From assembly GCF_963853765.1 (NCBI RefSeq), contig NC_088859.1, positions 46,934,001 to 46,998,000 on the forward strand: 64,000 nucleotides of DNA. Reading direction: 5' to 3'. Each line of letters opens with the position of its first letter. Position 1 is the stretch's first letter. Positions 37,101 to 50,843 of this stretch are shown piece after piece. Made by a program: the position numbers and the translations under genes. The stretch is from Magallana gigas. Its lineage: Eukaryota. The notes beneath the pieces are model-generated. The model was not told where the DNA came from and did no database searches. It saw nothing but the letters and a program-made list of their open reading frames with translations.

Positions 37101-39142
37101 ATACTTGTAATATACATTTAAAAAAATTCAATTAGGCATTCTTCTTTTACCATTTCTATGAACAAATTTGATTTTTCGTTTTATTCATAATAAGTGTCAC
37201 AACTGTCTAAAATATTGAAAAGCTTGTCAGTATTTGCTGAGTCAGTTTTGCTGTTATGTGAGAGTACTGTCAATAACCACAGCACACGTACTGGGAACAC
37301 AAATCATAAGGGCACTAAGGTAAAAGGTCAACAGCCCCAGGTCATCAATGTCAACAATTTATATTACTAATACTATACACTATGCAGCTACACATCAAAA
37401 AGAGTCTTTTCATAGAGGTAATTTGTATCTCATTTGGTTTTTTTACCTCTGTGTCCTGCACCTCTGATACATATACTTTACGTATCTGTAAAATTTCCTT
37501 GAAAATATTAAGTACTGTTTTCATTATCATTCTGTTTATATCAGTTAATTAACGAGTACATGTATAAGCAGTCACAGACCCTCACCAAAATTATTGACTG
37601 TACTGCATGCGATGAGCTCAATAATAAGTTGGAATGATAAAAATTATATTTAAAGCAAAACCATAACAATTTACCGGTGCTCTAAGTTAAAACTTGTCAC
37701 ATTTTAATGACTGATTGTGATTGAGACATACCCTCTCTTACTTTGATAATTCATCTTTTTGGGGGGTACCGTACATGTAATAATAAAACTGTACCTCTCT
37801 TAACATATTTTATGCATTGGGAAACATTCTAGAAGATGTAATTTTAGCAAGAGTTATTCAGAGTCAAATCAATTTATTCATGAAATAATTTCTTGATCAA
37901 TACCATATTTAAACAGAGAATATATGAAGAAAAAATCATGAAGATTCAGCAGATGGCGCCAAAATGTTATGACTCTTGACCAAATCTTTAATGAGCAGTA
38001 AATCAAACATAAGACAAAAAGTACCATATATTTAGCTTAATTAATAATTGTATCCCATGCATTTTCTTTCAAACAGACATTTCTATATTACAGTTGACCT
38101 GATAAAAGAAGCTTGCTTATTCCCATTAAACATGTAAGCTCCTTTTTGAGACTCTGGCACATTGATTATACATCCAAAAAATTTTTTATTTACCGGTAAG
38201 ATATTTTACACCTGAAAAATGATGTCATAATAGCAACTGATTACATATGGCACCTAGTTTCCAAAAGAGGTATCAGATGGAGTCAGTGACAGAAGTATAA
38301 GATAGTTAAATACACCAAGCAGTAGTCTACTGGTGTCAGTGGCGTTCAACCAATTCTCTCCAAGTACTATTTCTCACCAGTGTATTGTTGCGTCATTTTT
38401 TGTATAATATAATGTTCTATGTTAATAAAATGACATTGCACTGGCAAAAAATGGTCCCTGGTGAGAATTGGTCGTATGCGAGAGTAGTAATAAACCAAAA
38501 AAAAGAAAAAAAGAATCAACAACACATTCAGCTCATACAGTAGGACAGTTGGGTTGCTCTTTACTTTTACTATATGCAGTTATTGACATTCAAAAACCAT
38601 TACATTATGTGATTTACAGCTTACTGTTGGATCGTGCATCTCTAGTGTTAATGATATAAACCATTTCACGAATTAAAATGAAGAAATGGCTTGTTGTATG
38701 CTGTACATGTATTTTTGGAGTGGCACATTTTTTTCATTAGCAACATATAACATCAAGAAAGTAAATATTAAGATTGTGACATTCAATTTCTACCAGAAAT
38801 ATCATTGCATTAATGCAAGATATTAAGCTGATGATACAACATCTGAAAAAATACATACCTTGTGAAATAAATTGTCAAATCACTAATTACGCTCATAAGT
38901 ATTTGCGTTTAGACTCGCTCTCTCTTTGGAGCCAATCGGTATTTTCCGTCAGGGAAGTCTCGCAGAAAAAATTGCGTGATGCACATTTCAAATTATTTAA
39001 AGACTGGCAATACACTAACTTGGCAGTCTGTAATCAGATTGAGATTTCCATAGACCATATAGCTCACCTGAACAACAGTACCCAACCGATTCAACGGTTT
39101 TTAATGGTATTACAGTCAAGGCAAGAAATACGAGAAATAAGA

Positions 39143-40588
39143 AATTCAATTCAATTCAATTCAATTTCTTTATTGCAAAGACATACGTCTTATAGCACTT
39201 ACATGTATAAATGTGAACAATACATGAATAAATAATAATAATAATGGACGGTCAGTCCTTACAAATCTATAGAATAATTTGTATTTGGAGAATGAAATAA
39301 CACATATATTATATATATATTGATAGTAATAACAATTGAAATCAGCAAATGACACTTGATATAGTCAAACCATTCTGAGTGTGAGGGCTTTGTAAATGAA
39401 TTTTCCTAAATTACACAATTCTTTAATATTGTTAACACTTAATAACTGTATTAATTTGTACATGGATGGTTTACACCAGTAATACTTTTTTATGAGCTTT
39501 GATCGTAATGCTAAGTACATTGGACATACAAGTATAAAATGATATTCGTCTTCAATGTCTGTTATACAAGTTTTACAAAATCTTTTGTCTCTTGGTATAT
39601 TTTTATGTCGACCTGTTTCAATAAGCAAATTATGTGAGGACAACCTCATTTTGGAAATACATTTTTTATACAACCTTGGTATTGATTTTTCTAAATAGTA
39701 TTGTAAGCAAAAATTATCAACTAAGTGCTTGTAAATAAAACATTTTGTTTCTATTTGCATCTTGCCATGCAGCGTTTGAATAAAGTTGTCATTAAGTCTT
39801 TTCTGAATAATTGGTAAACAAATACGACTGTTTAAATTATTTTGACCATTCCACATGTAGCCAAGTCCCAGATTATATAATTGGTCCTTAATAAATTTTG
39901 CCCAGCTTTGATAATTTTGCTTTTCGTTTTCACAAATACAATATGACCAGCCATAAGCAGCTCTTAATATACAATTTTCTGTCTGTAATAATTTAAACCA
40001 GAACTTAAACATTCGATATATACGAATAAGATATAAGGGTAGACGCCCAGTCTCGAAATATAACATAGTTGTATTAGTATTTTTCCGGACACCAAGCACA
40101 AAGCGTAAAAACTCAAGGTGGACCTTTTCAATATCTTGTCCCTTGTGGGAACCCCAAACTTCACATCCATAATTTAAAATGCTACACACATAGGTATCAA
40201 AAACAGAAAACAAAGTACAATGGTTTAAATAAAGCTGATTAATTGTTGATTTGAGAGCAAATATGGCTTTGCGACCTTGTGCCGCTAATTGTTTTTGAGT
40301 GGTAAAAAATTTACCGTTATAATTGAACATAACACCTAGATAAACAAAATGGTCCACAATTTCTAAATTTTCACCATTATAAAGCCATTTCTCGTTGGTG
40401 CGGTAATTCCCACCATTTCTAAAAATAACCACTTTAGTTTTAGATACATTTACATCAAGGTTCCATTCATTTGTATAGAACTGTAAAATATTCAACATGC
40501 TCTGTAGCTCATCAATTGATTCAGAAAACAATACCATATCATCAGCATACATAAGAAGATAAAGACTTAGCAATTGCAGGTTCATAAA
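39143..40588 (-). mobile_element. 5'-truncated non-LTR retrotransposon (LINE; L2/CR1/RTE-X-like), RT C-terminal part
   Basis: 406-aa ORF 39365-40585 with LLMYADDMVLF, NVSKTKVVIF, YLGV and C-terminal ETGRH...CKTC...EDEYHFILVCP. The 3' UTR has AATAAA (39169-39174) followed by an (ATTGA)n tail. No clear TSD. Confidence 0.9.
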
Positions 40589-40979
40589 TTAACTTATATA
40601 TATATTTTTTTGGGGGGAAATTTTCGACACACAAAATTCATGTTCGCTGCATGGTAAATTATTTTTATATGCCGGTATGTTGCAAATGTAATGTTCAAAT
40701 TGAAGTGTGCACTCCAACATTTGTTTTCTATAGGGAAGGGTTTAATTTAATATCTTTTTTCCCAGTGCAATCAAGGTTAGGCCATGAAAAAGAAATTCAT
40801 TTTTAAAAAAAAGTATTGAATAATTAGACCGGCACTAATCAATGCCATAAAGAAAACGTGCGCACATGGGGTTATAAGTTACATACATATTCTCATCCAT
40901 TTGAATTATTTGCATTTTTTTTTTTTTTTTTTTAGCTTGTATATAATGTTTATAGTATACACAGGTCAATTATAGGTGA

Positions 40980-41124
40980 CAATCTGATTAAAATCAGATC
41001 CTTTGATCCACTCACGAAGATCGCTACACTAGTGTAGCGATCTTCGTGAGCGGATCAAAGGATTTGCTACACTAGTGTAGCGATCTTCGTGAGCGGATCA
41101 AAGGATCTGATTTTAATCAGATTG
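40980..41124. mobile_element. 145-bp foldback element with a 10-bp TSD
   Basis: Termini caatctgattaaaatcagatcctttgatcc / ggatcaaaggatctgattttaatcagattg, flanked by direct repeat ttataggtga (40970-40979 and 41125-41134). Confidence 0.9.
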
Positions 41125-41187
41125 TTATAGGTGATTTCATTCTGTTGTAGTAGTTGGGGCTATATGACCCGTGATATCGGCCTGCAT

Positions 41188-41220
41188 GGGTAGCTCAATG
41201 GTAGAGCTCCTGACTAGAGT
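41188..41220 (+). repeat. tRNA-derived SINE 5' fragment
   Basis: gggtagctcaatggtagagctcctgactagag resembles a tRNA 5' half with an A box. No B box follows. Confidence 0.45.
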
Positions 41221-42155
41221 TGCACTGACCTGTCCAGCCATATATGTTTCCAATGTATTCATTTGCTCACCCCTCCTTTCCTACTATACTCTGTCCCAAG
41301 ATATTTATAATATGCAGCACATTTGGACAATTTTTCATAAAAGAAAAAAGAAGTGCATTTGAAATAGATGAAAGGGAAAAGATCCACGATAATTTTACTT
41401 ACACAATATCATTTATATATTATTCTGAAAAATTCACAGGAATGAAAATTGATTTCTTACGGAGATTTGAAATGGGGAATGTTCAGTGACATCTTTTCTC
41501 CATTCGGAGGTCATTCGGAATACCTCGCTTAATTTTTCAACCTTTATCATTCAGGTCAATTGCAATACAAAATACCCGTAGACATCATAATGTTTTGCCA
41601 TGTATATTGAAACCTGATAAGCTATAGAGGAGCGTTTCAAAGGAAAAATCTTGGAAAATTTTCATATCGTTTGAAACATGAGGTATTTACAAATACAGGG
41701 TAATTAATAAGTATTCAGATAACGACCAAAAACTTGCCAAGTACAAATATGAAAGGTCACATGTGTATAACAATCATAGCCGTAAGCGCTAGCACAGAGA
41801 TTGCCGGATTAATTAAGATCATGTCAAGTTATGTCCGATCAAAGTGTTTAGTTGGATTCATTTATCAGATTATTCTAATATGCAAATATGAATGACACAA
41901 ATGAAAGTGATTTTCCGCTATATTTTAGCATGTTGTTGCAAATAATTTTGTGTTTTGCAAATAAATGTTTGCTTTGCAAATAATTTTTTACTCAGGAAAC
42001 ACTGATCAAAGCATATAGCATACTTATATTAATATAAATTCTACATAATGTATTGCTTTTAAAAGCAATTTTAAAAGCAATTTTGTTTCTTGAATACTGC
42101 GTTCTAAATGTATTTCATATTAAAATAAAATAAAATGCGCATCTCCCTCTGACCG

Positions 42156-42157
<2 letters not shown>

Positions 42158-42209
<52 letters not shown>
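42158..42209. repeat. (TC)n microsatellite
   Basis: About 26 uninterrupted TC units. Confidence 0.95.
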
Positions 42210-42211
<2 letters not shown>

Positions 42212-42670
42212 CGCGAAACCTTCTATGTACGAATTACCCAAATGATAATAGTGCATCACGCAAAAGATGTAAACAAAGTGTAGGAAGAAACATTTTGCAG
42301 ATGACAATTATTTTATTGCCAAATTCCCACTGGTGCGAGATACAAATTTATTTTCATTGTATATATAACTACTCTTTATTGTTTTATGTGTAATATGACC
42401 AAGGGAATTGCTTTTCTATGAAATGACATAATAATAGAATCACTTCAATCTTAGTCATCACTTGTCATAGCTATTTTCCATCAAAATTACTTTGCAGTAA
42501 AAAATGATTAAATCAAACTAATCAGTTGGAGATATTCATTGGTTTTAGATTTTAATGTTCCAGCACTCTAAATATAATTGTTTCAATACAGGTTGATAGT
42601 TTGCATTAGCAGTCAAGGAAGACAATTTCTTGAAAAAGATTAAACTTTTTTCCTGTTCAACAGATGTATA

Positions 42671-45600
42671 ATGGCTCAGACTGCCATTAGAGATGTTTCC
42701 TTGACCTCTCACATCCGGGACCCCGGGGCCAGGGTACGGGAGCTGTGTAATTATGCATGTAAAGTCGAGATAGATCCACAGATCCCACCCAGGAGGTACC
42801 TTAGATCAGGCCATGAAATGCTGCGAATGGCAAAGGTCTACCAGGATGAGAAGAATTATGAACAAGCATTTATTCTTTACACCAAATTTATATCGTAAGT
42901 TATTGATGTAAAAGGAACACTTTAGATAATTCTGAATTTATAATGACATTTATTAAGTGTTCTTAAAATGGATTTTTTTAAGAATAGAATTTTAAATCAA
43001 ACAGTTACTGTCAATTGATATTTATTGGCATATCCACATACCAAGAAAATTATTACAACAAAGACCATGCATATTCATAAATTTTGTTGTTGTTGAAAAT
43101 ATACCATGAATTTTATTTTAAAGCAATTTGATATACCAAGTGCGGATTAATTATATTAATAAAAAAAAAACAGAAAAAAATCAAATAATGTTCAATGTTG
43201 TTATTGCTTACTGTTAAAGGATCCAATTGAAAAGATAATATAGAGGGCAAAATTTGAAACCATGCGCGTAATTCTATACCTAATTATAATTGACCTTTTT
43301 AATTTAATGGTTAAACAGAATTTATTACAATTGGGCCAGCATTTTTTGAAATTTCGATTTACAAACCCGCCGACCCTATTTTTTAAAAAATTCAAATAAA
43401 AATAAAAGGACCTAAACTAGCTATTAATTTTATTTTTTCCTCCGACCCGAAATTTTCTTTCTGGTAAAAATAAAAATAAATGTTGATGCAATCACGTATG
43501 TGTAGTCTGAATTATTGTTGTTCATGCATTGATTAAACAGACCAAGTTCTTTCCGATCAAGTCACAGGCACCAGAAGTCACAAAAAAACCACCGTAGGGC
43601 CTACTCCTGTTTGCTTTCGTCCAACCCTACAATTTACGACCCTATTAAGTTTTGTGATCGGCAACTTAGCCAGAATTTCCTCAAGAAAGAGAAGTTGAAG
43701 TCTTTTTCTATCACAATTATGTAAATTAAAAAAAAAACAAGGAAATGATAAGTTACTTTTTTAAAGAACATTTTGGCAAAATAAATTCTAAAATAATCAT
43801 AATTTAACCATTTGGAAATAGATCAGGGTTGGCAAAAAAGCGGGAAATACTCATATTTCCCAGGACGGTGGGAAATACTGGTAATTCCCGGGAATTACTG
43901 GTATTTCCCGGGAAATACTGGGAAATAAAGTACAACTACATATTATAGTACTTCATACTTAAGACATTAGTCTTAATTAAATCTGTAGGGATGTAGACAA
44001 TAGTACACCTTGTCAGCAATGACATTTTATAATTGTCTTTGATTTTAACAAGTTTTGACTAAGGTCAGTAATGCATTGGTTATCTCTTATGAATACTCAA
44101 AACATGGTTCATTCATATACCATTGTAATTTGTTTTTAAGGCTTAATCAGGTATAGGTGCATCTACACAGTTATCATAAACATGATATCAAAGGTTCCAT
44201 TTTCTGGTTATTTGGAGAATATGAAAATGGGGCAAGAAAATTGTGAAAAATAAAGTGTGACTGTGTCACTACCTCAGTATGCAACACACCTAAGAAGAAG
44301 CCAATTAGCCCCACTCACAGTATATATCTCCCCAAAACAGGAGCACAAAACTGTCAAGTGTAATTATTTATTAAAACAACGTGTGATTATTGAATTTTTA
44401 CTTGCAACACCTACACTAATTATAACAGTTTATTTTGTGCTTTGAATTATAAATCTGTAAAACACAAAACTTGAAGTTAAAAAAAACTGGACTAAAATTT
44501 GTACATTAGCAGCTATAGAAATCTTTTGGAATAGGTGATCTGGTGAATTAAAGATTTATAAACTGACAGTGAAATGGGGAAGTATAATAAATTGGTTTTT
44601 GATGCTTACTGTTAATATCTTTTATCATAAACATAAGTTTTACATTGAACAAACTAAAGAAATAAAGATTATAAATTTGTATTTCCCAGTATTTCCCAGT
44701 TTAGTGGAAAACAGTAGTATTAACCGGGACGGGAAATACCGGTATTTACCACCGGTAATTCCCAGCACTGGTATTTCCCGGCCAACCCTGAAATAGATCC
44801 TCTACATAACGGTTGTTAAGTGGGTCATAGGGTTGGACTAATAACCCTAAACACACTGAACACAGGAGTCTTATGACTGAAGGAAAGAGAATGATTTTAT
44901 TTGTCATTAAGCTAACAAAATAACGAAACATTTCCTTTATTAAAGGTATAATTACATAAATAAATAAAATTTTAAAAGTTAGTTAGTCTTTTTTAAATAA
45001 AAAAACTTGTTTGATTTTTTACTGACATTTGTGGACATGCTTCTCATCCAATTTATTTTCAGTAACAATATTTTAAATTTTGAATTTGTGAAAAGCATTG
45101 TTAATTTAATTAAATAAATGATTTCTCAAACTTCTTCCTATTTTTCTGCAAGGAAGAAGTGAAAACTCCCTTAATTTTTTTTGTCTTAATGTATATGTAC
45201 AGTATGTACTTGTATATATAAAAAAAACCTTCGTTTTTATACATGCATGTACAATATATCAACACAAGTTTTCAGTGCCCATGGATAAAATATGTTATGA
45301 TAAGAACATCACCAACAACCAAAATTACTTATATATTTAAAAAAAATGGCAGCTCCTGGACACGTGTTCTTATTTTAAAAATAAAAAAAAATATTGTTGA
45401 AAAATTGTTTAATTTTTATTTATTTTTCTCGACGGACAAATTTTTCAATTTTATTTTTATTTTTTTCCCCTCCTCCTCACCAAATAATTTGAAAAATATT
45501 TCGTAAATCTAAAAATAAAAAAATGCTGGCCTTGGGGTACAAAGTTCAAAATGTGAGAGGAATCTTTAAAAATCTTAATTCATATAATAAATTATGCTAT

Positions 45601-48600
45601 TCACAGTGATATCAGTCCCCAGGTATTTAAAGCAAGTATTTTTCTATTTGAAATTTTATAGACTGTTTGTTGAAAAATTGCCAAAACACCCAGACTACAA
45701 ATCAGCTCCTGTTAATGATGTTACAGGAATTAAAAAGGTGAGTCCTCAACACACTCCAGTCTGCCAATGCTTTGTTAAATTCTATTCTAAGGAAATTCAA
45801 AGAATAATTTTTGTGAAAGAAAATGCCAATGATGAAGTTGAGATTAAGAGTTTGCTGCAAAGAGGTGATATAGTACATGTAATGTTTTCTTGTTTTCGTA
45901 ATATGATCTATAAACTACATTAGGAATATTGACGAAGGTTCATACTTTGATAATTTATTCAAGAAAACTAGTTCTTGAGACTCTTAATTTTCGACAATTA
46001 ATTAACAAAAATATGCTCCTTGAATAACAACATACAAGTTATAAAATTGTTCTTCTTTCATTTTTGGGATGAACTGTTGTAATGTCATTACTTTATGTCT
46101 ATAGTTCAAATTAAAACAAACATTCTATGGTCAGTACTTCTAGTTTGAGTGAATCATTTATAAGTTACAGATTTTCCTTCAGAATAATAAAATGTTGTCT
46201 GCATAATAATGGATGTAACAAAATGAAATTTCAATTTTCAGAAAGTAAAGCTTGTATTTCCAATCGCAGAAGAATTGAAAACTATATTAAAGAAGAAATA
46301 CACAGAAATAGAAAAGAAAAGACAAGAGGAAGAGGTAAAGTGGAGACATTGTTTTATCTAATGAAACTAACACAGGCTATTGAATATTAGACCATGGTTT
46401 GAATTTTCTCCATTTGGTTTCCCAATTGATAATCATCTCTTTTATTTTGTAGAGACTGAAACAAGAAGAATTAGAGAGAGAACAAGAAAGACAGAGGAAA
46501 GAAGAGGAGGCGAGACAGCAAGAGGAGGAAGCCAGGAATCTAGAGGCTCGCAGTGAAGCAGAAGCAAGATGGTTGGATGAGCAGGAGCGCAAATTAAAAG
46601 AACTGAAAGAGAAAGAGTTACTGAAAAATATTGACCAAGACAGCGAGAGCAATGAGAACACTGTTAAAGGAGAGAACTTGGCAGGCTTAAACAACCAGCG
46701 TCCATCTGCGACGGCTGGGAATCTAACATATATACACAATGATCTGGGAGAAAAACCAGTGGAGAAAAATTTGATGAAGGATTCTCAGTATCCCAGTATT
46801 CCTGATAGAGAACTAAAGAAAAATCTAGTCATTTCTGATTACTCCACCCCATCAGTGTAAGCTGTGGACAAAATTTTTCCTTGAATTTTTTTTTATTTTG
46901 ATTTGTGCCATAGTAAAGACATAAAAAACTTATAGCTCTGTATGATAAATCGGCAAAAATTGTACCTACTATATATGAATGATTTTGATCTCTCAACTTT
47001 GAATTTTGAATGTTTTATTTAGCAATGGTGCCCCCAATTTTGACAGAAGCACTAAACCTGACCATTTCACCAGCACGGGGTTCTCAGGCCTGCGTCAGGT
47101 GATAGTACCCTCTGATTTGATGAGGAAGTTCATGGTCCTCGCTGAACACAACACTCTGAGAAACATTGAAACATGTGGTATTCTTGCTGGCAAGATGGTA
47201 CGTAACTAAATAGAGTGCAGATTCTGACGTTTAAGATTGTTTATTGACGATAAAGATTATTTATGTATGCTTGATGAAACTTGCTTGTACTTAGACAGAT
47301 TTACATCAAAACCTTCACATTAGCACTTGTAGTTTGATCTTGCTATGTATTTTAAATTTATACTGTCATCCTGGTCAGAGTCTGTCCAAAGTGTGTGTCA
47401 GGAATGTAAATCTTCAAAAGAGTTCCAATGTGTAAATATTATTATAGATCAATGCTATCTGTGTGTGTAGGTACATGACAGTTTTCACATCACACACGTG
47501 CTGGTTCCTAAGCAGTCAGGGACCACAGACACCTGTGTGGCGGAGGATGAGGAGGACCTGTTTATGTACCAGGACCCCCGCGATCTCATCACGCTCGGAT
47601 GGATCCATGTAAGTGCTCCCTGGATTCAGTATGCTCTGAAAATATTGTAAATCACTTCGCATGCAAGGAACTTGTCCTATGAAGTAGTGTTAGGTTATCA
47701 GTTCTGTGATAAACTTCAAATTGATTTTAGTCTCAGTAAACCTGTATATGGCCTCTAAATTTTAATACTGTGGAATCATTAGAATTCGTGGTGGCTCAAT
47801 TTTCGTGGTTTTCGTGGGTAGCCCTCCCCCACGTATTTACATCCTCCATGAAAACAAGTTTTGTAAGAGGAAGTTTTCTTACTTAAACTGAAAACCTGCA
47901 CATCCATGAAATTACATCCCCATGAATAAGCAAAATGCCAACAATCCACGAAAATTGGCCCCCACCAATTTAAATGATTCCACAGTACATGTATTATGTT
48001 GTTGCAAGTAAAAGTTTGTTTATTGTATGATAGATTTGTCCGAGTCCTTGATTATTTATGTTTTGAATCTATAGACACATCCAAGCCAGACAGCTTTTCT
48101 GTCCAGTGTTGACATGCACAATCAATATGGCTACCAGGCCATGCTTCCAGAGGCTATTGCTATTGTGTGTGCACCAAAGTATCAAGAGTAAGTGTGAATA
48201 TAAAATATTATTCTAGGAATCAGCCTGTTAGTGTAAAATCCAGGAGTTTATCTATGACTTGAGGTTGGGTCATAGTCTTGATAAAATGTTATTTGGAAAT
48301 TGGAGCCTACAATGTGTCCAGTTCATAATATTACAGAGGTAATGAAATCTCAAATTTACCCAGATATGTTGTAACTTTTAATAATATGACGTATGTGTCA
48401 GCCACATTGGAGCTGCATTATTGGTGTATGAAGTATTTACCACCAAACAAAAGTCTCTGATATCACAGTGAATGATTTTGACAGGACTGGAATATTTACT
48501 CTGACTTCCGAGCGGGGCCTTCCAGAGATTGGTCAATGTAGAGAAAGGGGATTTCACCAACACACTAAGACACCACCTTTATTTGATGTAAGTCCATGAA

Positions 48601-48872
48601 AGACAAGCTCTTATCACAAAGTTCTTTGCATTTTTAAATTCCATTTTTCATATGTTTGATTGGGTAAACATTTTAAAGTCTACTGTTTGCATAAAAACAA
48701 TCTCTTTATTATGGGATTGATGCTTTATTTCAGGTTCACTTAAAGTAATATCTGCTGGGCTAATACATTCATTTATAAGCTAATGACATTAATTCAATGC
48801 TTTCAGAATTGTGCACATGTCAGTGTAGTAGATACAGAAAGAATTGAAATGGTGGACTTGAGACAAAAGTGA
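42671..48872 (+). CDS. STAMBP: STAM-binding protein (AMSH) JAMM deubiquitinase, 463 aa
   Basis: Exons 42671-42894, 45662-45737, 46242-46334, 46453-46856, 47023-47197, 47471-47608, 48075-48187, 48485-48587 and 48807-48872 total 1392 nt in frame. N-terminal USP8-dimer/MIT-like region (RRYLRSG.EM..MA...[12 protein letters not shown]) and JAMM motifs [39 protein letters not shown]. Confidence 0.95.
43334..45531. mobile_element. Possible old DNA transposon (Kolobok-like ggcc termini) with the hAT element nested inside
   Basis: Imperfect ~30-bp inverted ends ggccagcattttt...gatttac(a/g)aa at 43334 and, reverse-complemented, ending at 45531. The flanks do not give a clean TSD. Confidence 0.35.
43824..44790. 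mobile_element. Non-autonomous hAT-type DNA transposon
   Basis: TIRs cagggttggc / gccaaccctg, 8-bp TSD aaatagat (43816-43823 and 44791-44798), and subterminal gggaaatac(t/c)gg sub-repeats at both ends. Confidence 0.92.
47768..47985. mobile_element. MITE with TA TSD (Tc1/mariner-like)
   Basis: TIRs ctgtggaatcatt / aatgattccacag flanked by TA. Lies in a STAMBP intron. Confidence 0.88.
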
Positions 48873-50843
48873 TGTCAACGACCTTACCCACAGGATTGTG
48901 TATGGAGACAAAATCCTCATTATTTCAACTGATGCCACTGCAAGTGTATTGAACCTTGTGCTTTGTTAAGTCTAGCCTTTAAACATTTAATTTATATAAA
49001 CCAATACTTTCTGTGTTTATTTTATAAAAGTGTTTACATGTTATTGAAACTGGAAGTCTGATTATTGTCCTGCCATCAGTTTGTCTTTGTTGCCAATGTT
49101 ATTGATATTCTCACCTTCTGAACTAAAGAGCCCCATCAATTGCAGTCATGTGAGATAGGGCAAGACCAGATATTAGATTACCGGTAACAGGAACGTGAAT
49201 CATGTCATAAATCAATGCAGGATTACTGTAGAGATTTTGTAACACAAGTGTCAAGCTGTCTGTCTGTCTGTCTGTCTATGTTCGTGCATATTAAATTACA
49301 GAACAAATTCAGCTGTGAACATGACTGTAGCATACCGGTACTCTTCATATAATCAGTTTTGTAATCCCAGACTTCAAAATATTAATACATGGTATCCAGA
49401 AAAGCAGTCAAGACGATGGTGATTTTCCCATCAGTTTACTGGACAGTTTTCAAAAATAAGTATAACTACCATTAAAAGATCTTTTCTTTAGTCGGTTGCA
49501 TGTACAAAAGGTAGAAACATATGGATCAAATCTAACTGAATTCAGAACAGTAGAATTAAATTTTCATATTGTGGTGAAATCTGCAAGGAATGTTGGAAAA
49601 ATAATTGTTTCAAACGCAAGACATTAGCACTACCAGTATTTTGCTTTGACCTTGAAGAAGTGAAAACTATTTACTGTCATCAGTGAACAAAGTGGCTCAT
49701 TTACTGTCTACTTGTTACTCTGTATTTCAGGCTTTTGTAGGCTGTGTTTTATCTTATTTCTATACAAGTTTCATGTACATGTACATGTGCTAATAAGATG
49801 TAAAAGAATGGAATTTATGTCAATTGATTTAAAGCCTTCTGAATGTATTCTATTGTATTTGGGATGTTCTTTGTTTTTTAGTGATGGAGTAGATCGTTTA
49901 CCACATTTATTTTTTTTTTTTTTTTTTTTTTATTATTTTTTTTTTACAAATAAGAGAAGCATTACTGTAACATGTTCATCACAAAAGCAAAGACAGTTTA
50001 ATGGAAAGGGCATTTTTATCATGTCTATTGATATTACATTATGATTTTTGTAATATACAGGTATGTATACTTTATTATCATATTTAGAGCATGCCTAGTA
50101 GAAATGAGTAAGAATTTCAAGTTTGAATCAAATCTGGAATATAAACTAGATAGCTTTATATTTTGTTAGGTACAACTTTTAGATTTAAGTTTTTACATTC
50201 AGTGAATCCATATAGTGAATGGTGTTCTTCAACTACCTGGTATATCAAATACATGTATATATATACACATACTGATACATGTACTATGTGTATTTATTGG
50301 TATTGTAATTTACGAACTTCGTTACAGACATTGATTTGGAATTGAACATACCAGTACCTATTACAAAACACATAGATCATTGTCTTGAAGTCATAACTAC
50401 CTGAGATTAATTGGATCCACCATTTGCTCCAATATCTTTGAAAATGATTACATACAATGTCTGTGATCTACTTTTACTTGTAAATACTAGGGATCTACTA
50501 CTGAATGGGATACATGTACCTTATTTTACTTTTTCACATAGTACGTGTACCATGAATCTGTATGTAATACCATGGATCTTCAGTTAGGTATCAAAAAATA
50601 CCTACTTTTACATTTAAATTGTATGTAATATTTATATGAATCAAACAAACTAGTTACTGCTTGCCCTATACTTATTGTTTTAGTTACAGTAAATACATGT
50701 ACTGGTATTCTGTTGTCTGCAAAATTTAGGCATTGAATGCACGTATTCATGCAGTATTTTATTTGTAATAAAATGTACATATATCAATGAATTACATGTA
50801 AATAAAACGTTATATAAATAAAGTATTCATTTTTTTGTTTTCA

